Positions 51,794 through 62,220 are shown, counted from the whole stretch's first letter. The stretch is DNA of 63,151 bases, filler included, from 6 parts of 6 records of this genome joined end to end with filler, not necessarily neighbours in it, one strand, 5' to 3'. Translations and numbers: made by a program. The notes: generated from the letters alone by a model not told the origin.

Positions 51794-53824
51794 TTATCTC
51801 AATTGATTCTCAATAATTTCAATTCTTCTCATAAGATCTTTTAGTTGGGTATTTTCTGTTTTGAGCTCTTCAATATTTTGATTGAGTTCTTCGATATAGA
51901 GATATGCTTTTTGAAGCTCTTCAACCAATCCTTCTATTTGCTGTGAATAGTTGTACCCATTTAGTTTAATATCGTCATCACTTTGTAAAGCAGATAATCG
52001 ACCCTTGGTTTTTATTTCTGACAAATACTGATCTAATGGTATTAGCTGATAATCAGCCGCAAATACATCTTTAGAAAATTCCACTGATTTTCCACCAGTC
52101 AATGTCCCGGTAATATTAACATCGCCATTAAACACAAGATTATTGAGCTGGAAGTCTCCATAAATTAATGGTGTAGCAGTAGATGAATTATCTATGTAAA
52201 GCTTATAGGATCCAGTTTCATTATAACCGGCTTGATTTCCAATAAACACATTACTACCACCATTCTTCAAGTTCCATCCAGCTCGATAACCGATAATTAC
52301 ATTTGAATTTCCAATAGTATCATATCGTGCAGATTGATGTCCTATAAAAACATTATTGTATCCTTTAGCTAAAATACCTGACATCGCTCCAACTGCCACA
52401 TTATTACCCCCACCACCTCCAGCAGAATAACCAACAAAAGTATTGTTAGTACCAGTTGTGTTGTCCATACCTGCATGGTGACCTAAAAAAGTATTGAAAA
52501 ACCCGGAAGTATTTGCATATCCGGCCCAGCTTCCCAACATAACATTTCCACTTGCATCTGCATTTTTACCTGCCCAAAATCCAATTATCACATTTTCAAA
52601 ACCTGTAATATTAGATTCTCCTGCATTTGAACCAAAAAACAAATTATATCTACCCGTCGTATTCGAATATCCACTTTGCAAACCAATAAAAGTATTCTCT
52701 TCTCCTGAGGTATTGCTAAAACCGCTCTGATTGCCTATAAACATATTATTCCACCCATTAACATTTGAATGACCTGCCATACGACCAATAAAGACATTAT
52801 TATAGCCAGTTGTATTAGTATAACCAGCCTCAAACCCAAAAAATGAGTTGTTAGTACCAGTTGTAAAATTACCTGAACTATGTCCGATGAAATAGTTCTC
52901 AGGTGTGATATTTAAGAAACTAGCACCTTCTTTTGTACCAGACAAACCACCAACAGCAAATCCACCTTTCGCAGCTTTGTCTTTCAGTGCATCATTTACA
53001 TAAATTCTGGTACTATCGCGTTCAATGGTAAGGAAGTCTTCGGCTCCTTTTGTACCAGACAAACCACCCACTGCAAATCCTCCTTTTACTCCTTTAGCAG
53101 GCTCATTGAGATAAATAGTAGCACTTTCATCATTCAATTTAAAATATTGATTACCGCCTTTAGTACCCGATAATCCTCCTACTGCAAAGCCTCCCTTAGC
53201 TGCTTTGGTTGGAGAATCATCAATATAAATACGGACACTATCAGGTGTAATGCGCATATACTCAATAGGATCACCTTTTGTTCCTGAAAGTCCACCTACC
53301 GCAAAACCTCCTTTTACTCCTTTTACACCTTCTTTGAAGTTTACTTTTACTTCATTTTCGTAAACGGCAAATATTACATCGCCCGTACTGTTTTTTACTT
53401 CAAAAAGCGGTTCGTCAGAAGCTATTGTAGCATCCCCCTGCACTGTTAATTTAGCAAGTGGCGAAGCTGTTCCAACACCATATCTTTTGCCAACCCCGGT
53501 GATGAAAATAGTATCACTATTCTCAGACCATAGTGATGGCGCATCTATTGTATGCCAGGCAGTATTAGCAAAATAATAATAGGTATCAGCATCTGTATCA
53601 TACACCAGCAAACCATCAGCAGGTGAAGAAATACCAGACCTTTGAGCAGAAGTTAGCCTCGGAACTAACAATCCTTTTGACAAAGAATAAACATCAAGCA
53701 TCGCGCTGCTATGCGGGGTATAGGATTCCTCATCGGTTATAGCTGTATTTTGTGCTGTAACCGTGTTTAATTGCAATACTAAAAGTATTACACATGTGAT
53801 TAAAGCGAGATATATTCTATTCAT
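51794..53824 (-). CDS. Secreted fibre-like paralogue 2 (676 aa)
   Basis: Signal peptide, shared N-domain, 4x KGGFAVGGLSGTK, beta-helix repeats, DVFAADYQL...coiled-coil C-domain. Confidence 0.88.
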   Translation of the reverse strand: MNRIYLALITCVILLVLQLNTVTAQNTAITDEESYTPHSSAMLDVYSLSKGLLVPRLTSAQRSGISSPADGLLVYDTDADTYYYFANTAWHTIDAPSLWSENSDTIFITGVGKRYGVGTASPLAKLTVQGDATIASDEPLFEVKNSTGDVIFAVYENEVKVNFKEGVKGVKGGFAVGGLSGTKGDPIEYMRITPDSVRIYIDDSPTKAAKGGFAVGGLSGTKGGNQYFKLNDESATIYLNEPAKGVKGGFAVGGLSGTKGAEDFLTIERDSTRIYVNDALKDKAAKGGFAVGGLSGTKEGASFLNITPENYFIGHSSGNFTTGTNNSFFGFEAGYTNTTGYNNVFIGRMAGHSNVNGWNNMFIGNQSGFSNTSGEENTFIGLQSGYSNTTGRYNLFFGSNAGESNITGFENVIIGFWAGKNADASGNVMLGSWAGYANTSGFFNTFLGHHAGMDNTTGTNNTFVGYSAGGGGGNNVAVGAMSGILAKGYNNVFIGHQSARYDTIGNSNVIIGYRAGWNLKNGGSNVFIGNQAGYNETGSYKLYIDNSSTATPLIYGDFQLNNLVFNGDVNITGTLTGGKSVEFSKDVFAADYQLIPLDQYLSEIKTKGRLSALQSDDDIKLNGYNYSQQIEGLVEELQKAYLYIEELNQNIEELKTENTQLKDLMRRIEIIENQLR

Positions 53825-53862
53825 TTTGAGTGTTTTTCAAAAAGCCACATAGCAACTAATCG

Positions 53863-55680
53863 CTATTCGAGCTTTTTCTGTATTTGATTTATTAATTCTC
53901 TTAATTCTTTATTCTCTTTTTTAAGTTCACTAACCTGAGTTTGCAGGTTATCAATTTCAACTTGCTGTTCTTGAATTGCCTTAATTGAAATTACACCAAA
54001 ACCACTGTAATTCATTTTGTATGAATCCTGCTCATCATCAGGGAATTCAACTAAGGATGGGAATATTTCAGCTACTTCTTGTGCTATTAGTCCAATAGAT
54101 TTTTGAGTTCTTTTATCATCTGATTTAAAATAGTAATCAACAACATGCAATCTCATTACACGATCCATAACGGAATTTATAGAAGTAATATCCGTTTTCA
54201 TTCTTTTGTCTGACAGTGGAAAGTATTCACCTGAACTACTTACAAACTCTCCCACAATACCAGACTCTGTGTAGAGTTCCAAATTGCCGTCGCTACTGGC
54301 TACAAATAATCTAAACTGATTATTACTTGAAGTATTCTCAAGCAAAACACCTGACTCTGAAGAATTATTCTGGTGCATAACATGCAAATCTGAGGCAGGC
54401 TGTTCTACGCCAACGCCAACACTTGCATTGAAAACTAAAATATCATTATCAAATTCACCATAAATAAGTGCTCCGGTAGAATCAGCTATGGTATTCTCGA
54501 TATATAAAGCATCTGAACCAAGTTCCAAATAACCTGCATTACTTCCAATAAATACATTACCACTTCCTGTTTGATTTATATGCCCTGCTCGATATCCAAT
54601 ATATACATTCTCTTCACCAATGCTAGTTCGAAATCCTGATTGAGCGCCAAGAAATGTGTTGTAGCTACCATCCAATGGATCAGGCAATGTTCCGGTATAA
54701 CCATTCGCACTTGCTCCAACTATTGTATTATGACTTCCACCAACTTTATCATAGCCAACCCTTGCCCCAACAAATGTGTTGTAGCTGTCGCTTTCCATAT
54801 GAAATCCGCAATAACTACCAAGAAATACATTATTATCAGATTCAAGTGTATAGGCTCCTGCTAAAGTTCCCATATACACATTATCTTCACCTAAAGTACT
54901 TCTCTCTCCAGCACTTGTTCCAATAAATACATTTCTAAAACCATGAGTATTTAAATTTCCTGCCATATTACCAATAAAAACATTCTTGTCTCCAGACACG
55001 CCAATATTAGACGTACCCTCTCCTGTTCCAACATTACTTAAACCTGCACCTCGACCAATGAATACATTTTGCATACCATCAATATTTGAATATCCAGCAT
55101 GATATCCGGCAAATACATTATCGTTTCCAAAATCATTTGAATATCCTGATTCATATCCCAGAAAAACATTATATGCACCAGAAGTATTCAATTGTCCGGC
55201 ATTGTATCCAAGAAATACATTCCGATCTCCATCAATATTATCCTTACCTGTATTATATCCCAAAAAGACATTATAAGACCCATCTGTATTTGCCTGGCCT
55301 GATAAATATCCCATGAAAATATTGTAAATACCATTTTCTATACTTTCTCCGGCTCCTTCTCCAATGAAATAGTTCTTTGAAGTTAAATCAAGAAATCTGG
55401 AGCCGGCTTTGGTTCCACTCAAGCCGCCAACAGCAAACCCTCCTTTTACGCCCTTAGTGGCTTCATTCAAATAAATTCTGGCACTGTCACGCTCGATAGT
55501 TAAAAAATCTTCTGTCCCTTTTGTACCAGAAAGCCCGCCCACTGCAAATCCTCCTTTTACGCCCTTAGCAGGCTGTTTTAAATAAATGCTTGCACTTTCT
55601 TCATCCAGTTTAAAATATTGGTTTCCACCTTTAGTTCCAGAAAGCCCGCCTACTGCAAATCCTCCTTTAACTCCTTTTGT
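53863..55680 (-). CDS. Secreted fibre-like paralogue 1 with peptidase S74-like intramolecular chaperone (5' truncated)
   Basis: Frame stays open to the contig edge; 3 visible KGGFAVGGLSGTK; SDKRMKTDI...IGLIAQEV..IFPSLV...AIQEQQ plus coiled coil. Confidence 0.88.
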   Translation of the reverse strand, partial: TKGVKGGFAVGGLSGTKGGNQYFKLDEESASIYLKQPAKGVKGGFAVGGLSGTKGTEDFLTIERDSARIYLNEATKGVKGGFAVGGLSGTKAGSRFLDLTSKNYFIGEGAGESIENGIYNIFMGYLSGQANTDGSYNVFLGYNTGKDNIDGDRNVFLGYNAGQLNTSGAYNVFLGYESGYSNDFGNDNVFAGYHAGYSNIDGMQNVFIGRGAGLSNVGTGEGTSNIGVSGDKNVFIGNMAGNLNTHGFRNVFIGTSAGERSTLGEDNVYMGTLAGAYTLESDNNVFLGSYCGFHMESDSYNTFVGARVGYDKVGGSHNTIVGASANGYTGTLPDPLDGSYNTFLGAQSGFRTSIGEENVYIGYRAGHINQTGSGNVFIGSNAGYLELGSDALYIENTIADSTGALIYGEFDNDILVFNASVGVGVEQPASDLHVMHQNNSSESGVLLENTSSNNQFRLFVASSDGNLELYTESGIVGEFVSSSGEYFPLSDKRMKTDITSINSVMDRVMRLHVVDYYFKSDDKRTQKSIGLIAQEVAEIFPSLVEFPDDEQDSYKMNYSGFGVISIKAIQEQQVEIDNLQTQVSELKKENKELRELINQIQKKLE

Positions 55681-55681
55681 A

Positions 55682-55781
55682 NNNNNNNNNNNNNNNNNNN
55701 NNNNNNNNNNNNNNNNNNNNNNNNNTTAATTAATTAANNNNNNNNNNNNNNNNNNNNNNNNNNNNNNNNNNNNNNNNNNNN
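55682..55781. other. Artificial contig spacer
   Basis: N44-TTAATTAATTAA-N44. Confidence 0.99.
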
Positions 55782-55971
55782 AAAAGTAATGACTAGGGAA
55801 AAGACAATTATGTGTATCCTAATGAAACTGATGTTTAAAAATATATTCTAATTAAAGCTAATATTTATATACAATTTGTACAATAATGGAAACCAATAGG
55901 CTACCATGAGAGAAGATCACAAATTTCTTATTGCACTGGATGCATTAATAGTCAAACCTAATACTGCTTTA

Positions 55972-56036
55972 TGAACATATGTCAGAATTGTATCACTTTT
56001 TTGAGCATATGTCAAGTATTATTCAATAAACATATG
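55972..56036. promoter_or_regulatory. Repeated TGARCATATGTCA operator-like sites upstream of the DUF134 regulator
   Basis: TGAACATATGTCA (55972), TGAGCATATGTCA (56002), and a partial CATATG at 56031. Confidence 0.6.
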
Positions 56037-56068
56037 ATAAAATTTACATTATACTATAAAGGTAATTT

Positions 56069-56659
56069 ATGGCAAGAGAGAAACTTCAAAGAAAGTTAGA
56101 ACTAAAGCCCGTATCAAAGTACTTTGGACCAAAAGATACGAAAGCAAAACAAGATGTTATATTATTACATGAAGAGCTTGAAGCTATACATTTAATGGAT
56201 TCATTTTGTATGTATCAAGAAGATGCAGCAAAAAAAATGAATGTTTCAAGAGCAACTTTTGCAAGAATTATAAAAAGTGCTAGAAAAAAAATATCTTTGG
56301 CTTTAATTACGGGAAGTAATATAAAAGTACATGAAATAAAAAATGAGTTTCATGTAGCAGTTTGTTCAAATAGCAATGTTGAACTTGAATATGCAGGACC
56401 AGATGCTAAATATATTTGGATATTTTTTATTAAGGATTATAAACTTAAATCTTCAAACTGTATAAATAATCCATCATATAACAACGAAGATGATGCCCCA
56501 TGTAACATCTTGCCTGATGTCTTATACGATTTTACAGTTAACTATTTTTTAATAGAAGATATTGACTACGACTTAAAAATTTCACTAATCGCAAAAGGGA
56601 TTTACCCTATTCTACAAGAAGAAGCAACTAAAGATACTTTAGTTGACATCTTCCAATAA
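56069..56659 (+). CDS. DUF134 (UPF0251) HTH protein with NifB/NifX-like C-domain
   Basis: LLHEELEAIHLMD...QEDAAKKMNVSRATFARIIKSARKKISLAL. Confidence 0.85.
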   Translation: MAREKLQRKLELKPVSKYFGPKDTKAKQDVILLHEELEAIHLMDSFCMYQEDAAKKMNVSRATFARIIKSARKKISLALITGSNIKVHEIKNEFHVAVCSNSNVELEYAGPDAKYIWIFFIKDYKLKSSNCINNPSYNNEDDAPCNILPDVLYDFTVNYFLIEDIDYDLKISLIAKGIYPILQEEATKDTLVDIFQ

Positions 56660-56678
56660 TAAAAGCCTTAAAAGGCTT

Positions 56679-57530
56679 TTATAAATCATACTTTAACTCT
56701 TCTAGTCTAGCTATTCTATCTTCAGTTGTTGGGTGAGTTCTAAATAATGAACCCAAAGTATCTTTTACACCTGAAAAAGGGTTAATGATAAACATATGTG
56801 CAGTTTGTTCTGTTGCATTGTTTATAGGGTGTCCACCTTTCGCATAATTATCAAGCTTTGCTAATGCACTTTGTAAACCTTCAACATTTCCAGTTAATCT
56901 TGCAGCACCCTCGTCTGCCATGTATTCTCTGCTTCTACTAACTGTCATTTGAATAATTGATGCAGCAAGAGGTAATAGTATTGCCATAAGAATCATAATA
57001 AAAGGGTTTCCACCTTGCCTATTATTGTTTCCTCCAAACATTGCTGAAAATTGCATCATATTTGCAATCATTGCAATTGCCCCTGCAAAAACAGCAGCAA
57101 TAGTTCCAACTAACATATCATAATGTTTTATATGTGATAATTCGTGAGCTATCACCCCTTCTAACTCTTTTTCATTTAGCATTTCATATAAACCCATAGT
57201 AACTGCAACTGCTGCATTTTCATAGTTTCTTCCCGTAGCAAATGCATTAGGTGTATGGTCAGGGATTAAATATACTTTTGGCATAGGTAAATTAGCTTTT
57301 TGTACTAATTTCTCAGTAATTCTATAAACAGGATGTCTTGTATCTTCAATTGGCGTCGCATTATAATGTTTTAGTACTTGTTTATCTGAATAATAATATG
57401 CATAAAAATTCATTCCAGCTGCAAGAATAAATGCGATAAGCATCCCATTTGTTCCACCAAAATAAAACCCAACCGATACAAATAATACAGTTAAAAGCGT
57501 TAATAAAAACACAGTTTTAACTTGTTCCAT
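56679..57530 (-). CDS. htpX: Zn metalloprotease HtpX
   Basis: [32 protein letters not shown]. Confidence 0.96.
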   Translation of the reverse strand: MEQVKTVFLLTLLTVLFVSVGFYFGGTNGMLIAFILAAGMNFYAYYYSDKQVLKHYNATPIEDTRHPVYRITEKLVQKANLPMPKVYLIPDHTPNAFATGRNYENAAVAVTMGLYEMLNEKELEGVIAHELSHIKHYDMLVGTIAAVFAGAIAMIANMMQFSAMFGGNNNRQGGNPFIMILMAILLPLAASIIQMTVSRSREYMADEGAARLTGNVEGLQSALAKLDNYAKGGHPINNATEQTAHMFIINPFSGVKDTLGSLFRTHPTTEDRIARLEELKYDL

Positions 57531-57652
57531 CGTTTTTTCTCCTTATAATTTTTATTAAGAATATTATCATTAAATAGTTAATAGAAGTTAAATATTTATA
57601 TTGCAACAAAAATGCAACGCTTTTGTGTTAATATATGCCATAGGAGAATATT

Positions 57653-57967
57653 ATGAAAAAAGAGAATATTAAAAATATCATTGATGAAGAAAGTTCGGTG
57701 GACTTATACAACTATAAAAGCTTTGATTTTGAAAAAAACATTGTTATCTCTTTTGTTGAAAAGTTTTTACCAATAATCTTCTGGGTTGGTTTATCTTTAA
57801 TTATATTAGAAGGATTAAATCAAAGTATTGATTTGTTTAGCTGGAATTTTTTAGAAGGTGTATTTGCCTTTTGTAAAATATTTATTCCGTACACTATAGT
57901 ATATATACTTCTATTTTACATAGTTTATATACTAAAAGATATAAAAGAATCTTTAGATAATAAATAA
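57653..57967 (+). CDS. Hypothetical 2-TM protein (DUF4282-like)
   Basis: SD AGGAG; two hydrophobic segments. Confidence 0.6.
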   Translation: MKKENIKNIIDEESSVDLYNYKSFDFEKNIVISFVEKFLPIIFWVGLSLIILEGLNQSIDLFSWNFLEGVFAFCKIFIPYTIVYILLFYIVYILKDIKESLDNK

Positions 57968-57968
57968 T

Positions 57969-58649
57969 TTATTTTAGTTTACATCCATAGCCAGGAATTG
58001 TTTCAATCAAGTTTGGGTTAGTTTTACATCTAAATCTATGGATTAAACTTCTTACTGTACTGTTTGATACAGCTTTATCTGGCCAAATATTATTTTCAAT
58101 ATCTTCAAAAGTTAAAAGACTGCCTCTACAAGCAACCAACAAAGACAAAAAGTGTTTTTCATTTTTACTCAACTTTATTGGTTCATCATTATAATACAAC
58201 ATATATGTTTTTTTATCATAAAAAAAATCTTCATTAAGTGTTTCAAGTTTATTAGAGTTATTAAGGGCACTGCCTCTTTCAATTTTATTTATTGCAATTT
58301 TTATGGTAGAACTTAGCTCAGCTTTTTTAAAAGGTTTTAACAAATAGCCGACAGGTTCACAATCAATTGCTTTATCAATAGTTTCATCATCAGAAAATGC
58401 AGTTAAAAAAATAATTGGAATATCTTTTATTTTTTTAATCTCTTTTGCAACAAAAATACCATCTTTGCTATCTTTTAAATTTATATCCATTAATATAATA
58501 TCAATATTCAAGCTATTTACCGAGTTAATTGCCTGCTTGTAATTTCTAGCAGTAAAGACTTCTTTAATGCCCATTTTTTTCAATGTTCTACAAATATCTA
58601 AAGCAACAATACTTTCATCTTCAACAACTAAAACATTTCTTTTATCCAT
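57969..58649 (-). CDS. Response regulator (REC + OmpR-type wHTH)
   Basis: VVEDE, LMDINL, FLTA, YLLKPF; IETIPGYG. Confidence 0.92.
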   Translation of the reverse strand: MDKRNVLVVEDESIVALDICRTLKKMGIKEVFTARNYKQAINSVNSLNIDIILMDINLKDSKDGIFVAKEIKKIKDIPIIFLTAFSDDETIDKAIDCEPVGYLLKPFKKAELSSTIKIAINKIERGSALNNSNKLETLNEDFFYDKKTYMLYYNDEPIKLSKNEKHFLSLLVACRGSLLTFEDIENNIWPDKAVSNSTVRSLIHRFRCKTNPNLIETIPGYGCKLK

Positions 58650-58805
58650 ACTATTCCTATAATATAAGTACTTGCCTACTTTATTATAGCAAAAACTAAT
58701 AAAATTATTTAATATACAATTAATAAAGTATGAATTTTCTATATAAAAAAATTATAATTTCAAAAAAAATTGATATAATATTATAACTTGTCCTAAAGGT
58801 TTACT

Positions 58806-59306
58806 ATGAAAAGACTTTTTATAATAAGACATGCCAAATCAGATTGGTCAAATTCAAGTCTTGAAGATTTTGATAGACCATTAAATAGTAGAGGGAAAAA
58901 AAATGCTCCACTTATGGGCGAAATACTCTACAAAAAAAAGATTGTTCCAGATTTAATAATTTCATCTCCAGCATATAGAGCAAGAGAAACTGCAAAAAAA
59001 ATTGCTAAAAAAGTTGCTTACCATAATGAGATAATTTACAATCAGTATTTATATGAATCTTCCTTAAAAACTATTTTGGAGATAGTCAATTTTATTGATG
59101 ATGAAAATGATGATATTTTTTTAATTGGACACAATCCTAGCTTAAATCTATTAGCTTTTTATCTTATTGACTTCAATGAAAACTTACCTACTTGCGGTGT
59201 ACTACACATAGAGTTTGATTGTGAAACTTGGAGAGAAGTAAGTAAAAAAAATGCAAAACTCATCTCTTTTGACTATCCAAAAAAATTTACAAAAAAAGCC
59301 AAATAA
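58806..59306 (+). CDS. sixA: SixA family phosphohistidine phosphatase
   Basis: IIRHAKS, DFDRPLNSRG, SSPAYRA, IGHNP. Confidence 0.9.
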   Translation: MKRLFIIRHAKSDWSNSSLEDFDRPLNSRGKKNAPLMGEILYKKKIVPDLIISSPAYRARETAKKIAKKVAYHNEIIYNQYLYESSLKTILEIVNFIDDENDDIFLIGHNPSLNLLAFYLIDFNENLPTCGVLHIEFDCETWREVSKKNAKLISFDYPKKFTKKAK

Positions 59307-59379
59307 TTTAAATAATTTTTCAACTGTAATTTAAGTTAAATAGTTTAGAATTTATATTAATTATTTATTAGGCTAAAAG

Positions 59380-59859
59380 ATGAAAGAATTATATATTTTA
59401 AGACATGCACAAAAAGATACTATTAACAATTATAGTTATGATTATGATGTACCTTTAACAAAAAAAGGTGAAATTGATGCTCATACTATAGGGGGAAAAC
59501 TAAAAGAAAAAAACATATCACCTGACTTAATTATTTCAAGCCCTGCAATAAGAGCAAGAGAAACTGCCGAAATAGTTGCAAAGGAGATTTCATATGATAA
59601 AAACATTATGTATAATGAGGTTATTTACCAAGCTTTTTTAAATGAGATAATTGAATCAATTTCTTATACTTATGATACTGTAAACTCTTTAATGGTAGTG
59701 GGACATAATCCTTCATTAACTGCATTGGCAATTACATTTGCAGACTTCAAAGAAGAGATAAAAATGGGTAATATTGTTAAAATCAGATTTAACTGTGACT
59801 CGTGGATATCTATTAATAAATCAAATGCCAGCTTTGAGGAGTATATTAAAGTAGATTAA
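59380..59859 (+). CDS. sixA: SixA family phosphohistidine phosphatase (second paralogue)
   Basis: ILRHAQK, PLTKKG, SSPAIRA, VGHNP. Confidence 0.87.
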   Translation: MKELYILRHAQKDTINNYSYDYDVPLTKKGEIDAHTIGGKLKEKNISPDLIISSPAIRARETAEIVAKEISYDKNIMYNEVIYQAFLNEIIESISYTYDTVNSLMVVGHNPSLTALAITFADFKEEIKMGNIVKIRFNCDSWISINKSNASFEEYIKVD

Positions 59860-61101
59860 CTACTTTAATAACTTCCCTGCAAGATTTCCACTTGCAAAAG
59901 ACCATTGAAGGTTATATCCTCCGCAAGGTCCATCTATGTCCATAACTTCACCACAAAAATAAAGCCCCTCTATTATTTTACTTTGCATATTTTTTGGGTT
60001 TATCTCTTTTAGTGTTACGCCACCTCTTGTAACCATTGCTTTTTCAAAACCAATATGGTCTACAACAGTTAATGGAGTTTGAACTAATATCTTCACTAAA
60101 TCTTGTTTCACTTGACCATTTAAATCTTTGAACTTTAATGTGTAATCAGCATTTACAATATTACACAACTCAATAATTACAGATTTTGGTAAAAGGGTTT
60201 CTAATACTTCAAGAATATTTTTATCATTGTCTTTTTTCACTTCGTTTTTTATATGAGTATAAAGCTCTTCTTCATTTAAACCTTTTATCATATTAATTAA
60301 AAGTGGAACTTCATTATACTTATCAATTAAAGGTGTTATCTCTCTCGAAAAGTCTAAAACGACTGGACCTCTGATACCTTTTGAGGTAAAAATCAAATCT
60401 CCACAAGCTTTTAGCTTTTTTGCTTTTGGAAGATTTATTCTTACATTTGCTTTTGCAATTGTGTCTGCTCTACAAGAAGCTACCCAAGTTTCTTTGGTAA
60501 TCAATGGCAACATAGCAGGATATAAATCAGTTACTTTATGACCTAAAGATTTTGCAAACTCATAACCATCCCCATAAGAGCCAAGTTTTGAGAATCCTAA
60601 TCCACCTGTAGCAACGATTACATTTTTGCAATAGATATTTTCAGCTTCTGTTTTAATGGCAATGATTTTTTCATCTTCACATAGTAAGTCTATAACTTTT
60701 GTTTGAGTTTTCACAGATACACCAACATTATATAGTTCATCTTCCATTGCTTTTATTATTGTAGATGAACTATGACTTACAGGAAAAACTCTAAAACCAT
60801 CAGGAATATGTGTGTCAACACCAATTGTATTAAGAAAATCAATCAAATCTTGATGATTAAACTCCTCCAATGCATCTCTCATAAATTTACCATTTTTACC
60901 AAAAGAGTTCATAAAATCTTCATTTGACAAGGTGTTAGTTAGATTACACTTTCCTCCACCTGTTGCTTTTAGTTTAGGACCTAACTTATCAAGTTGCTCA
61001 CATAATAATACATTTTTTCCATCTCTTGCTGCAACTATTGCCGATATCATTCCAGCTGCACCTGAGCCAATTACTATTAAATCATATTCAGTATTTTTCA
61101 T
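59860..61101 (-). CDS. HI0933/BaiN family flavoprotein
   Basis: IGSGAAG, TGGGKCNLTN, ATGG, TRGGV, GEVMDIDGPCGGYNLQW. Confidence 0.93.
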   Translation of the reverse strand: MKNTEYDLIVIGSGAAGMISAIVAARDGKNVLLCEQLDKLGPKLKATGGGKCNLTNTLSNEDFMNSFGKNGKFMRDALEEFNHQDLIDFLNTIGVDTHIPDGFRVFPVSHSSSTIIKAMEDELYNVGVSVKTQTKVIDLLCEDEKIIAIKTEAENIYCKNVIVATGGLGFSKLGSYGDGYEFAKSLGHKVTDLYPAMLPLITKETWVASCRADTIAKANVRINLPKAKKLKACGDLIFTSKGIRGPVVLDFSREITPLIDKYNEVPLLINMIKGLNEEELYTHIKNEVKKDNDKNILEVLETLLPKSVIIELCNIVNADYTLKFKDLNGQVKQDLVKILVQTPLTVVDHIGFEKAMVTRGGVTLKEINPKNMQSKIIEGLYFCGEVMDIDGPCGGYNLQWSFASGNLAGKLLK

Positions 61102-61196
61102 GCCGTATATTATCTAAAATCTGATGATAATTAGTTTTATATTTTAAATAAGCTTTTATATTATTAGTTATACAATTCTTAAAAAAGGATTAAATT

Positions 61197-62207
61197 ATGT
61201 TAATTGAATCATATAATGTAAACATGCAATCAGCAAGTAGTTTTGTTCAAAAACATGAATCATCAATGAGTAGTAATCTTATAACTCAAAAAGTTAGCAG
61301 TGATGAAAACAATAACATTAAGACAGTTAACAATGTAAATAAAATGATAATTTTTAATTCTGAAGATAATATGTCAATTGAAGACAAAATCAAAAAACTT
61401 TTGATTGAGATACTTTTAGGAAAACTAAGTGGAAAAAAAGAAAAAATAGATATTTTCCCTTTTAGTAACAATGATAAAAACAAAAAATATGAGTATAATC
61501 CAAATTTCAATCAAGGTTTAAATATTAATGCATTTGCTGCAAGTTATGAAAGTACTGAGACTTATTACCAAAAAAGTTCAGTTTATTTCTCTTCAAATGC
61601 ACAAATAAAAACAGCAACAGGTTCAATAAATATTGACCTAAACCTCTCTTTTTCTCAAGAGTTTTATGAACAACACAAAACTACAATTGAAATTGCAGGG
61701 GTTCAGTTGCAAGACCCTTTAATATTAAACTATGAAAACAGTGAAAATTCATTTGATAATATAAGTCAAAATATGACATTTGCTTTTGATTTGGACAAAG
61801 ATGGAACAAAAGAGGATGTTCCTATGCTAAAAGAAGGGAGTGGCTTTTTAGCTTTGGATAAAAACAATAACAATAAAATCGATGATGGAAGTGAACTTTT
61901 TGGTCCAAATTCAGGAGATGGCTTCAAAGAACTTTCTAAATATGATGAAGATGGTAACAATTGGATTGATGAAGCAGATTCGATTTTTAAAGATTTAAAA
62001 ATATGGGATGTAGATCAAAATGGTGAAGGTAAATTAATAACTCTAAATGATGCAGGAGTTGGGGCAATATTTTTATCTAGTATTGCTAGTGGTTTTAACT
62101 ATTCAAGTGGATATGCACAACAAACTGCACAACTAAAAGAATCAAGTATATTTTTAAAAGAAAATGGGGAAGCTGGAATTATAACTAGTGTTGATTTAGC
62201 GGTGTGA
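61197..62207 (+). CDS. Hypothetical protein with DxDxDG/EF-hand-like Ca-binding C-domain
   Basis: DPLILN, FDLDKDG, GSGFLALDKNNNNKIDDGSELFG, YDEDGNNWIDEAD. Confidence 0.75.
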   Translation: MLIESYNVNMQSASSFVQKHESSMSSNLITQKVSSDENNNIKTVNNVNKMIIFNSEDNMSIEDKIKKLLIEILLGKLSGKKEKIDIFPFSNNDKNKKYEYNPNFNQGLNINAFAASYESTETYYQKSSVYFSSNAQIKTATGSINIDLNLSFSQEFYEQHKTTIEIAGVQLQDPLILNYENSENSFDNISQNMTFAFDLDKDGTKEDVPMLKEGSGFLALDKNNNNKIDDGSELFGPNSGDGFKELSKYDEDGNNWIDEADSIFKDLKIWDVDQNGEGKLITLNDAGVGAIFLSSIASGFNYSSGYAQQTAQLKESSIFLKENGEAGIITSVDLAV

Positions 62208-62220
62208 AATAGTTAAAAAA

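Noticed and set aside
50870-55680. Regularly spaced DNA repeats resembling a CRISPR array or a DGR template/variable pair
   Set aside because: The repeats are in-frame coding motifs differing at synonymous positions. There are no cas or reverse transcriptase genes and no adenine-specific mismatch pattern was noticed.
9827-55781. Five identical TTAATTAATTAA elements in N runs, and apparent gene neighbourhoods across them
   Set aside because: These are artificial joins. Composition and gene content change at each one, so cross-spacer associations are meaningless.
55782-55970. Possible sRNA or gene start at the contig edge
   Set aside because: No convincing ORF, terminator or known RNA motif was found.
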